DNA of 64,000 nt, from the NCBI GenBank assembly GCA_965223705.1, contig OZ245015.1, forward strand, positions 1,536,001 through 1,600,000, read 5' to 3'. The notes beneath the pieces were generated by a model. That model worked only from the letters and a program-made list of their open reading frames with translations, ran no database searches and was not told the origin of the DNA. The translations under genes were made by a program, and so were the position numbers. Of this stretch, positions 1 through 8,574 are shown in pieces. Within the stretch, counting starts at the first letter, position 1. Every line of letters starts with the position of its first letter. The stretch comes from Myxococcota bacterium. Lineage in GTDB: Bacteria > Myxococcota_A > UBA9160 > UBA6930.

Positions 1-23
1 GGCCCCCAACGCGGAGAAACAAC

Positions 24-518
24 ATGAATGCCACTTTTCCGGCGGAAGAACAGTATCGGCGCGGACGCGACTTACTGGCAGACGACGCTCACCCCGAGGC
101 GTTGGAGCATTTTCGAGCGGCCTACAACCTCGATCGCGCGAACCCCCGGTACCGCTCCTATTATGGGCTCGGCTTGGCGACGGTTGAGCGCCGCTTCGAC
201 AAGGCGCTCGAGCTGTGTCGTTCCGCGGCGAAGGAAGAATTCTTCAACCCGGAGCTCTACCACAACTTGGCTCGCGTCCATCTGGCTTTCGGGTTCAAGG
301 CCGAGGCGATTCGCTACCTGCGCCGCGGCCTCATGATCGACCCCGGCAACGGCGAGATGAGCACAGAGCTCGCGGGCCTCGGCGTTCGCAATCGGCCCGT
401 TCTGACGTTCCTGCCGCGCAGGCATCCGATGAACCGCATGTTGGGCCGAGTTCGCCATTGGTGGCGCAGCGGTCCCGGCCGCATCGCCAGCATGGCAACG
501 ACTCGCGCCCTCGGTTAG
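24..518 (+). CDS. Tetratricopeptide-repeat protein
   Basis: TPR-like helical pairs (EALEHFRAAYNLD; LYHNLARVHL..G..AEAIRYLRRGLMIDPGN). Confidence 0.75.
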   Translation: MNATFPAEEQYRRGRDLLADDAHPEALEHFRAAYNLDRANPRYRSYYGLGLATVERRFDKALELCRSAAKEEFFNPELYHNLARVHLAFGFKAEAIRYLRRGLMIDPGNGEMSTELAGLGVRNRPVLTFLPRRHPMNRMLGRVRHWWRSGPGRIASMATTRALG

Positions 519-614
519 GCCGCGGCGCCGTTTGCCGTCCGGTTGACGGCGCGAGGCCCACGGACTATCTCTCCGGCTCCGCCGCCTCAGGCGGAGTTCG
601 AGGGGTAGGCCTCC

Positions 615-707
615 GTGGGCAACGTCATCAAAAAACGCCGCAAGAAGATGCGGAAGCACAAGAAGAAGAAGCTCCTCAAACGCTCGCGGCACAAGCGCAA
701 GCGCTAA
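615..707 (+). CDS. Small basic protein, bS22/AURKAIP1-COX24 (mS38-like) family, MGNVIKKRRKKMRKHKKKKLLKRSRHKRKR
   Basis: Manually translated GTG..TAA ORF; GAGGGG SD-like motif at ~600-605; matches the family pattern MGxVIKKRRKKMxKHKxxKLL. Confidence 0.85.
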   Translation: MGNVIKKRRKKMRKHKKKKLLKRSRHKRKR

Positions 708-1040
708 TCTTGGGGACCCGGCGCGGCGGAGCCGCGCCACCCCGCTACGCTCGCGTTCCGCTCGCTGCGTACTCTCTCCGCGCTTCGCGCTCCGTTCGCT
801 TGCTCTGGCTGAAGAACGGTCCTTCCGGTCCGTTGGCTGTTAGGGGAGTAGGCAGCCGCCCGCAATCTGCCCAAAGTGCGAAGCACCGAGGGAATCGGGC
901 ATGCGAGCGCCCGAAGTTCGAAGCATTCGAGGCGACCGCCATGCAAGCGACCGGAGTGCGAAGCGCGACGGAAGCGCGCAGCGAGCGGAACGCGAGCGTA
1001 GCGGGGTGGCGCGGCTCCGCCGCGCCGGGACTCCCCAGAT
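707..1040. repeat. Long inverted repeat element (REP/MITE-like)
   Basis: 717-769 is a perfect 53-bp reverse complement of 977-1029; imperfect arms extend to ~707-803 and ~943-1040. Confidence 0.9.
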
Positions 1041-1096
1041 GAGTAAGTTGCTCGCAGCTTTAGCCTCCATCACCTTGATTTTTTTCTGTTTCTGAC

Positions 1097-1126
1097 TTGA
1101 CGGGCAAGTTTTCGTGTTGTTAGCGT
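1097..1126 (+). promoter_or_regulatory. Putative sigma70 promoter of the histone-like gene
   Basis: TTGACG (1097-1102), 18 nt, TGn-TAGCGT (1121-1126), with an AT-rich tract upstream. Confidence 0.5.
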
Positions 1127-1342
1127 CAGCCGCAATTGTGGCTCTAGTGCCGCGGATTGCTGTGGAAATGAAGGCAGTCTCGCAGCCAGTTTGTCTTTAA
1201 GTCGACAGTTGCACACTCCGATAGGAGTCGTGAGCTGTAGGCGGCGGACAAGCAGCATGGGAGCGGGTTGATCCCCTCTCTCGATGCATCAATGCAGCGC
1301 GGCCGAGGTGCTCGAGACCACCACAAGGGGGGTGACCCAGAA

Positions 1343-1804
1343 ATGGCAGCACGCAAGAAGGCGACCCGCAAGAAGGCTACGCGTAAGAAGGCTACGCGAA
1401 AGAAGGCCACGCGGAAGAAGGCGACTCGCAAGAAGGCCGCGCGTAAGAAGGCTACGCGCAAGAAGGCCACAAGGAAGAAGGCTACGCGTAAGAAGGCTAC
1501 GCGGAAGAAAGCCACCCGGAAGAAGGCTACGCGGAAGAAGGCTACGCGCCGCAAGAAAGCGACGCGAAAGAAGGCCACCCGCAAGAAGGCCACCCGCCGG
1601 AAGAAGGCTACGCGGAAGAAGGCGACCCGCAAGAAGGCCACTCGAAAGAAGGCCACGCGGAAGAAAGCCACACGCCGCAAGAAGGCTACGCGCAAGAAGG
1701 CGACCCGGAAGAAGGCTACGCGTAAGAAAGCTACGCGGAAAAAGGCCACCCGGAAGAAGGCCGCGCGCAAGAAGGCGACTCGCCGGCGACGTCGAGCTTC
1801 CTAG
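1343..1804 (+). CDS. Histone H1-like (Hc2/AlgP-type) basic repeat protein with ~28 KKA(T/A)R units
   Basis: ATG at 1343 after AAGGGGGG; synonymous variation between repeat units; downstream terminator. Confidence 0.85.
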   Translation: MAARKKATRKKATRKKATRKKATRKKATRKKAARKKATRKKATRKKATRKKATRKKATRKKATRKKATRRKKATRKKATRKKATRRKKATRKKATRKKATRKKATRKKATRRKKATRKKATRKKATRKKATRKKATRKKAARKKATRRRRRAS

Positions 1805-1840
1805 CTCGAAGTCGGGGCAGACCTTCAGGGAGTCTGTGGA

Positions 1841-1872
1841 CCCCGGCCGGCACCTCGCCGGCCGGGGTTTCC
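1841..1872 (+). terminator. Intrinsic terminator
   Basis: CCCCGGCCGGC-acctc-GCCGGCCGGGG followed by TTT and a pyrimidine tract. Confidence 0.7.
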
Positions 1873-1948
1873 TCGTTCTCCTCGGCCTTTCGGTCGGGAC
1901 TAGAGTCCTCTAGGATCCTGCGTTCCGGAACCAACGAGGAATAGCTCC

Positions 1949-2161
1949 ATGGCGCGAATTACCGTAGAAGACTGCATCAAACGGGTTCCGAACCGTTTTC
2001 ATCTGGTTCAGATGGCGGGTATCCGGACCAAGCAATTGAAGAAAGGTGCGAGGCCTCTCGTCGCTGAGACGGAAAACAAAGAGGTCGTCACCGCCCTGCG
2101 AGAGATCGCTGCGGGCTACATCAAGCCCGACTACGCGGACGAAGAGGAATCTTTCGAGTAG
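1949..2161 (+). CDS. rpoZ: RNA polymerase omega subunit
   Basis: [14 protein letters not shown]....R..QL..GA.PLV....K.VV.ALREIA. Confidence 0.97.
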   Translation: MARITVEDCIKRVPNRFHLVQMAGIRTKQLKKGARPLVAETENKEVVTALREIAAGYIKPDYADEEESFE

Positions 2162-2172
2162 CCCTTCGGCGG

Positions 2173-3414
2173 CTACCCGACCACCTGGATCGGCAGACGA
2201 ACCGTCACCGTGGTCCCCTGAGCAATCTCGCTCGACAGCGAGACCGAGCCACCCAGCAATTCGATGAGCTCGCGGACGAGCGCCAAGCCGAGTCCCGAGC
2301 CGCGGTACGCCGACGTCTGGGTATCGTCGACCTGAAAGAAATCGTCGAAGACGAGTTGCTGATCGTCGTGACAGATACCGACGCCGGTATCGCGAACTGA
2401 ACACACGAGGGAATCACCTTCGACGGCGGATTCGATCTCGATACGACCGGCCTCGGTGAATTTCACGGCGTTGTCGAGAATCAAGTAGAGGATCTGACTG
2501 ATCTTGGCCAAGTCCGTCCGGATCTTCGGATACGGATCTTGAAGCTGCTTGAAGATCTCGACGGGTTTTCCGGCCAGCGTGTCCTGCACGCTGAAGATCG
2601 CCTCTTCCACGACTTCTCGGAAGCTCACTTCCTGCGACTCGGGAACCATGGGCTGCTGCCGGATTTGCCACAGGTCGAGGATGTTCTGCAGCGTCCGCAA
2701 GAACGAGGTGCCGTCGTCGAGGGCGCCCCGCAGCGCCAGTTTCCCGCTCTCGCTCAAGTTCTCGTTCTCGCCGGCCAACACCGCGATGATCGCTTCGATG
2801 ATCCCGTTCAACGGCGTGCGCAACTCACGCGACATTTTTTCAATGAAGTCGCTCTTGAGTTTGTCGACCTGACCGAGCTTTTCCTCGTTTTCGAGCAGGG
2901 CGATGTCCTGCGCGAACAACGCTTCCGAGAGGCGCAAGACCTCATCGGCATCTTCGCCGGCGTCGGGCTCGCCGGCGACCAGAGGACTTCGCTCGAGGTG
3001 AAGCGCGATGATCTCCGCGATGTCGAGGAGTTTTTCTCGCGCGACGCCCTGAACGAGTTCCGGTGATGCGACGGCCAGCGCACCGACGTGGCCTCGTTCG
3101 ATTCGCAAGGGGGTAAGCCACAAACCGCCCGCGGAACGTCCTCCCAAAGACTCGAGAGGCGCAGCCGTCATCGTTTGGTCGTTCGCCAGGCAAGCGGCTA
3201 CGTGGGGGAGGGCTTCGGCAACCGCTCGATCTCGCGCTGCGTCGTCGTCGATCCCCAGCGCATGAAGGGGGCGAATGCCGCCGTTGTCTTTGCTCTGGCT
3301 GGCGAAGAGGAACACGACACCGCCGCGTGACGCGCGCGCCGCTTCGGCGAGGCGGACGCCGATCGGGCCAGTGGGCGAGAAGCCGGAAGCTCCTTGAGAG
3401 GTGACGTCAGCCAC
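2173..3414 (-). CDS. GAF-like + HisKA/HATPase sensor kinase-like protein (H-box His replaced by Arg)
   Basis: SRELRTPLN, NAVKFT, DTGVGI, FFQVD and GSGLGL boxes. Confidence 0.85.
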   Translation of the reverse strand: MADVTSQGASGFSPTGPIGVRLAEAARASRGGVVFLFASQSKDNGGIRPLHALGIDDDAARDRAVAEALPHVAACLANDQTMTAAPLESLGGRSAGGLWLTPLRIERGHVGALAVASPELVQGVAREKLLDIAEIIALHLERSPLVAGEPDAGEDADEVLRLSEALFAQDIALLENEEKLGQVDKLKSDFIEKMSRELRTPLNGIIEAIIAVLAGENENLSESGKLALRGALDDGTSFLRTLQNILDLWQIRQQPMVPESQEVSFREVVEEAIFSVQDTLAGKPVEIFKQLQDPYPKIRTDLAKISQILYLILDNAVKFTEAGRIEIESAVEGDSLVCSVRDTGVGICHDDQQLVFDDFFQVDDTQTSAYRGSGLGLALVRELIELLGGSVSLSSEIAQGTTVTVRLPIQVVG

Positions 3415-3416
3415 CG

Positions 3417-4604
3417 CTAGAACCGGTCGTCCGAGTCGATCTCGACGGGGCTCTCTTCTTTTTCCTGATCCGGATCCGCCGGGCCGTCACCTTCGAGCGA
3501 CAGGGTCGTTTCGAAATCCGTCGGGTTGCTGGCCGCACCGACCGCGGTTTCGCGAGAAATCTTGTGCGCGCGCAAGAGGTCGAGCAGGTGCTGGTCGAAG
3601 CTCTGCATGTGGTCGCCACGACTGCGCGCAAGGTATTCGGGAATTTGAGCGGTCTTTTGGGGATCTCGAATACATTCTTGAATCGTGCGATTCGCCCGCG
3701 CGACTTCGACCGCCGGAACACGCCCGGTGCCCTTTTTATTCGGCAGGAGGCGAAGCGAAACGATGGCTTGCAGGTTGTCCGCGAGTCGCGCCCGAACCTG
3801 TGCTTGCTCATCCGTCGGGAAGAACGAGAGAAGACGACCGATGGTCGAAGTCACGTCCGACGTGTGAATCGATGAGAAGACCAAGTGGCCGGTCTCCGCG
3901 GCCTTGAGCGATGTATCGACCGTTTCGAGGTCGCGCATCTCGCCGACCATGATGACGTCTGGGTCTTGGCGCAAGGCGGCACGCAAGGCGTCGGGGAACG
4001 ACGCGGTGTCGGTGCCAATCTCGCGTTGGGTGATGATGCTTTTCTCGTGACCGAACACGAACTCGATCGGGTCCTCGATGGTCACAATCTTCGCGCGTCG
4101 GGCGCGATTAATTTCGTTGATGAGCACGGCGAGGGTCGTGGACTTGCCCATACCCGTCGGGCCCGTCACGAGGACGTATCCCCGTCGCAACGTCGCTAGA
4201 TCGCGCAACATCGATGGGAGGTTCAGATCTTCGAAGTTCTGAATCTGCAGGGGAATGACGCGCAGCACGATATTGAAGCAACGCCGCTGTCGCGAGATGT
4301 TGACGCGGAAGCGGCCTTCACCGGGAAGCTCGTAGGCGAGGTCGCGTTCGTTGAATTCGAGGTCGGCGTCGTCGTCGGAGTTGAGAAGCATCCGCGCGAT
4401 CGCATCGGTGTCTTCCTCCGTCAGAACTTTGTAACGGAGCTCGACGAGATTGCCGTTGAATCGGTAGAGCGGGAGGTTTCCGACCTGGAAATGGATGTCC
4501 GACGCGCCTTTCTCGACGCCCAGTCGCAACAGCCGATAGAACTTCTCTCGCTCCACGCGCGAACATCCTCCGTTCCCGGTCGAGTCTCCGAGAACCTCGC
4601 TCAT
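3417..4604 (-). CDS. pilT: PilT/PilU-family type IV pilus retraction ATPase
   Basis: GASDIH, GPTGMGKSTT, TIEDPIE, LRQDPDVIMVGEMRD, AAETGHLV. Confidence 0.9.
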   Translation of the reverse strand: MSEVLGDSTGNGGCSRVEREKFYRLLRLGVEKGASDIHFQVGNLPLYRFNGNLVELRYKVLTEEDTDAIARMLLNSDDDADLEFNERDLAYELPGEGRFRVNISRQRRCFNIVLRVIPLQIQNFEDLNLPSMLRDLATLRRGYVLVTGPTGMGKSTTLAVLINEINRARRAKIVTIEDPIEFVFGHEKSIITQREIGTDTASFPDALRAALRQDPDVIMVGEMRDLETVDTSLKAAETGHLVFSSIHTSDVTSTIGRLLSFFPTDEQAQVRARLADNLQAIVSLRLLPNKKGTGRVPAVEVARANRTIQECIRDPQKTAQIPEYLARSRGDHMQSFDQHLLDLLRAHKISRETAVGAASNPTDFETTLSLEGDGPADPDQEKEESPVEIDSDDRF

Positions 4605-4696
4605 TTCTATCGGGCATCCCCCGCATGGCCTTGACCCATTCGGTCGCTATTCGGGGTTCCAGGGAGGCTCACCCGAACGGCGCTATACTTTGCTTT

Positions 4697-5185
4697 ATGG
4701 GTGCCTGGGCCATCATCGCGCTGCTCACGGTGCTCGCCTTGCCGGCGGCCGCCGACGATCAAGCCGCGTCTCAGAGCACCGAGGGCGAAGTCCGGGGGGC
4801 CGCGCCCTCGAGCCCGCCCCCGGTGGCGCTCGACCGACTCCTCGTGTTGCCAAAGACCCATACCTACTCGGTGGAGAAGCGAGGCGGGGCTTCGGAGACG
4901 GAGTGGCGCACGCGTTTCCGCGAAATGCGGGAATCCCTCGAGGATGAGCAGGCCCTCCTGAAAGAGAACGAGGAAGAGCTCGCCAAGGTCGCCGGAGCAA
5001 AGTCGGCATGGCAGTTCACGGCCCCGGGGATGGGCAACGCCGCCGTCGGCGAAACCACCGTGAGCTACGAGCTGCGCCAGAAGGTTCGGAGAGGCCGCGG
5101 CAAGGTGCGCCAACTCGAATACGAACTCCGCGAACTCGAGGTTCGGGCCAATCTGGCGGAAGTTCCCGAGTCCTGGCGCCACTAG
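4697..5185 (+). CDS. Hypothetical exported coiled-coil protein
   Basis: Signal-peptide-like N-terminus; charged helical body; TATACT 7 nt upstream of the ATG. Confidence 0.6.
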   Translation: MGAWAIIALLTVLALPAAADDQAASQSTEGEVRGAAPSSPPPVALDRLLVLPKTHTYSVEKRGGASETEWRTRFREMRESLEDEQALLKENEEELAKVAGAKSAWQFTAPGMGNAAVGETTVSYELRQKVRRGRGKVRQLEYELRELEVRANLAEVPESWRH

Positions 5186-5413
5186 TCTCCCGGCCACCGC
5201 GAGTCCCGGTTTCGAAACGCCGAGTACCAAGTCGTAACTCGACTCGTGATCCGCGCCACGAAGACTGTGGCGAAAATGCCACTTTGTCAGCTCCGTCTAG
5301 CACCACCATCTGCGGCGGGCCTGCAGGACCGCGAAGCCCGGATTTCTTGGCATCTCTCTTGCTGTATTGAAAAAGCTACGTCTTTTGGCCAAGCGCGCTC
5401 TGTGGGAGGTTTC

Positions 5414-7279
5414 GTGGCCCGAGCCCAGGTAGAGAAGGACGGGACCGGCAAGTCCGGCTCCTGGCTCGTGGTCGTCGCCCTTTGGTTGATTGCGGGTGCC
5501 GTAGCGGCCGCGCAGTTCGACCTCCGTCGGACGGAGCCGTTTGAGCAGCTTCGGGTGTCTCTCGCCCAGGCCCTCGGCCTCGAGCTGACAACCGGGCCCG
5601 TCCACCTCGATCTGGTCACCGCTCAGGGCTTGGTGATTCACAACTTCGAGATTCAGCTCGGGAGCTTCCGCCTGCGCGTTCCCCGTGCCGTCGTGCGCCC
5701 GACCTGGAGCAGCCTCGACGGACCGGAGCTGCGTCCCTCGATTCACGCGCACGGGTTCGATGTGTACGTCGACGCGGACAACTCCGCTGAAGCATTCTTG
5801 CGCCTCAAGGAACTCCTCGAGCTGGCCCATTTTCCCGACGCGAAGCTCGCACTCACCCGCGGCTCCGTGCGGTTGGCGAACGGGGACGAGGTCATGCGCG
5901 GCGTCCGCTTCCGCTTGGACGGGACGACGTCCCGTCCGCACTTGCGAGCGCGCGCGCGGACATCGCGCGGCGGACGCATCGACTTGCGCGGCGAGCGCAA
6001 TCCCGACGGCGCGTTGTTCGTGCATGCCTATCCGGAAGGGGTGCCGGTCGCGGATGTCTCCAGTTGGCTCGACAGTGCCGGCGTGGGTATGCCCGAGCGC
6101 TGGGAATGGCCCGAGGTCCCGGTCGCGGTCACCGGGCGTTGGCACATAGAGCTCGGAACCCACGGATCTGTCGCGCACGACTTCGACCTGGCCGTCGAAG
6201 GCAACGTCGTTCCGATCGCCCTCGACGTGACCGGAGAAGTGCGTACGGAGAACGAGAAGTTCGTTCCCGGCGGGCAGATCGAAGTTGTCGGCCGGGTCGG
6301 ACGGCTCCGCGGGGCGCAGCCCGCCGGGGCGTCCACGGATCCGGCTTCGATGTTGGTTTCGGGGCCGGTTCGGTTCGAGCTGCGCCCATCCGGTCGCGTC
6401 GATGCTCCCGAACTCCACGGGCTCGTGAACCTGGACGACGCCCATCTGCGCCTCTCGGACACCTTGCGAAAAGTGTGCGGCTCGCCCGCGCGGTTGAATT
6501 TCTCGAGCCAGCCCATCGGCGGTGTTCGCGTTTCGAACCTGGGGCTCGAGCTCGGCGCGCTTCGCGTGCGCGCGAAAAAAGTCGGTGACGATCCGCTGAT
6601 CGCGGAATCCGAGTGGGTCGAGGCAGCGGAACTCGCCGAGCTCCTTCCGGTACTGAGGGGCCGCGCGCATGCGGGTCGCCTGCGCTTGGCCTCTTCCGAG
6701 TTCCGCGACTGGACGGAGCTTGACGGACGCGTCGAGTTTGACGGTGTCGCGCTCGCCGGACGTCGCACGCCGATTCGCATCGACGGCATCGAGGGATCGG
6801 CGGACATCGGGCCCAACGGCTTCCGGGCTCGGCACCTCTTGGGAAACATTTCCGGTGTTCCCGTCACCGCTTCACTCAATGTCGAGCCGGGTGGTGACGA
6901 GGCGCGCGCCAAGGTCCGTCTCGATCTTCACGCCGCGGAAATCGACCTCGAGCGCTTGGGCATGCCGCTCGGAGCCGGCTCCGACGGGGAGCTCTCCCCG
7001 GAATCGATCGTGGCGGCTGCCGAGGCTCCCGTTACGCTCCTGCGCGAGCAGCGCGCCCGGGTCGATCGCGTCCTCGTCGAACGGGCTCGAGTGCGGGTCG
7101 ACCGACTCCGAAGTGGATCATCTCAGGTGCGGAAACTCGATCTCGTTCTGGCGTTGCGCTCCCTCCGTCTCGAACTCAAGCGAGCGCGGTTCGCCATCGG
7201 CGGCGAGACCTTCCAATACGCGGGGATGATCGACTTGAACCCCCTGGTTCCCGAGGTCCGAATCGCCGCAGCTCCCTAA
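5414..7279 (+). CDS. Membrane-anchored beta-rich protein, AsmA-like
   Basis: GGAGG before a GTG start; N-terminal TM helix; alternating beta pattern; 'LHAAEIDLE'. Confidence 0.5.
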   Translation: MARAQVEKDGTGKSGSWLVVVALWLIAGAVAAAQFDLRRTEPFEQLRVSLAQALGLELTTGPVHLDLVTAQGLVIHNFEIQLGSFRLRVPRAVVRPTWSSLDGPELRPSIHAHGFDVYVDADNSAEAFLRLKELLELAHFPDAKLALTRGSVRLANGDEVMRGVRFRLDGTTSRPHLRARARTSRGGRIDLRGERNPDGALFVHAYPEGVPVADVSSWLDSAGVGMPERWEWPEVPVAVTGRWHIELGTHGSVAHDFDLAVEGNVVPIALDVTGEVRTENEKFVPGGQIEVVGRVGRLRGAQPAGASTDPASMLVSGPVRFELRPSGRVDAPELHGLVNLDDAHLRLSDTLRKVCGSPARLNFSSQPIGGVRVSNLGLELGALRVRAKKVGDDPLIAESEWVEAAELAELLPVLRGRAHAGRLRLASSEFRDWTELDGRVEFDGVALAGRRTPIRIDGIEGSADIGPNGFRARHLLGNISGVPVTASLNVEPGGDEARAKVRLDLHAAEIDLERLGMPLGAGSDGELSPESIVAAAEAPVTLLREQRARVDRVLVERARVRVDRLRSGSSQVRKLDLVLALRSLRLELKRARFAIGGETFQYAGMIDLNPLVPEVRIAAAP

Positions 7280-7428
7280 GGAGCCTGTGAAAGAAGACGG
7301 CTTCCGCCGCCGTGCGCGGACGGGCTGGACGTCGCGAGGTCTGGGTCTCGGAAAAGCGGGCTCCGGGCCCGGCTCGACGGTTCCGAGGACCGACGCTAGT
7401 GTCCCGGCCGCAACAGCCGAGGACCTCC

Positions 7429-7602
7429 ATGTCACAGCCTTCTGACGGTTCCACCCACAGCGACACTTCCCAAGACGACGGCCCTGGCGGAAAGGTCGAT
7501 CTCGTGGCGGTGCTCTACATCCTGGGTGGCATCCCGGCGATGGCGGCGTTCTTTGTCGGGCTCTTCGCGTTGGTGCGCATGTTCCCGAGTATCCCGGCCT
7601 AG
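7429..7602 (+). CDS. Small membrane protein (57 aa)
   Basis: GAGGA SD; ATG; C-terminal hydrophobic segment. Confidence 0.55.
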   Translation: MSQPSDGSTHSDTSQDDGPGGKVDLVAVLYILGGIPAMAAFFVGLFALVRMFPSIPA

Positions 7603-7797
7603 ACCCTTTCCAGAATTCTCCACGAATCGTTCGCATTTCGTCTTCCGGCGCATCGCCGGCGCACTGCACCTTCGGGCGCGCGCAGCTGGTCGCGCAACGA
7701 GGGCGCAGCACGGACGTTTTTGGAAGGTCGCATAAAAATTGTATTGAAAATGACACGTAGCAATAAAGACTCGTAGCGTTTATCCGAACAGTGGGGT

Positions 7798-8541
7798 GTG
7801 ACCAGAAACACCCACACTTCGGCCGCGCGACGGGTTCTTCACAACGCTTTGCTGGCGGTTGTTTGCGTCGGACTCTTCGGATGCGCGAGCGTGGGCCGCC
7901 TCGGGCAAAGTTTCTCCTACGGTTATTTTTCGCCGGCGCCTCCGGACGATCTCTGGAGTCCCAAGATCCGCGCGTGGCAGGCCCGAGAGCGGGCGGACCT
8001 CGCGGCGGCGAGGAGCGAAAGCGCACCGGCACCGGTATCGGGTGCCGGTAGGGACACGCTCTTTCGTTCGCGGGACGAGCTGCGCCAGCGATACAACGAA
8101 AAGCGACGGTCGGTAGGCCGGCAGCACCGGGAAGGCGCAGAGCACAAAACCGCCAAGAATCTCGCTCGGTGGGTGCAGAAGCTCTCTGCGGATCACTACA
8201 TCCCCGATGGCGCGGTCGATCACTGGGCGACCCTCGAGGAGACCCTCGAGCGAGGCGGGGACGACTGTGACGGGCTCGAGCTTCTGACGTATCACCTGCT
8301 TCGCGATCTCGGCTTCGGTCTCGACCGGGTCTACCGGGCGATCGTTCACCGTCCGTCGGACGGCCAACACCATATGGTGACGCTCTGGTTCGAAGACCTC
8401 GACGACCCGTGGGTGCTCGACCCGACCGGCGCGATGACCGATGGCATGCCTCGTATGTCCGACGTGCCCGCGTGGGTCCCGCTCAAGGTATTCGGCCTGA
8501 GGCGGGATTTCACCGTCACCCGCGCCGAGCACCGTCTCTAG
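7798..8541 (+). CDS. Transglutaminase-like cysteine protease (BTLCP/LapG-like), putative lipoprotein
   Basis: DHWATLEETL..GGDDCDG, H.V.L and WVLD (Cys-His-Asp triad); lipobox-like LFGC. Confidence 0.75.
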   Translation: MTRNTHTSAARRVLHNALLAVVCVGLFGCASVGRLGQSFSYGYFSPAPPDDLWSPKIRAWQARERADLAAARSESAPAPVSGAGRDTLFRSRDELRQRYNEKRRSVGRQHREGAEHKTAKNLARWVQKLSADHYIPDGAVDHWATLEETLERGGDDCDGLELLTYHLLRDLGFGLDRVYRAIVHRPSDGQHHMVTLWFEDLDDPWVLDPTGAMTDGMPRMSDVPAWVPLKVFGLRRDFTVTRAEHRL

Positions 8542-8574
8542 CTCACCCCCGCGCGGCGGCTAGACTGCCGCGCC

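Noticed and set aside
1144..1770. Antisense ORF of RVAFF/RVAFL repeats and +1-frame Arg-rich ORF 1284-1913
   Set aside because: Shadows of the KKATR repeat gene; the repeat is conserved only in the KKATR frame
1355..1785. 15-bp tandem repeat as a possible CRISPR array or VNTR
   Set aside because: No unique spacers; variation is at synonymous positions; no cas genes in the window
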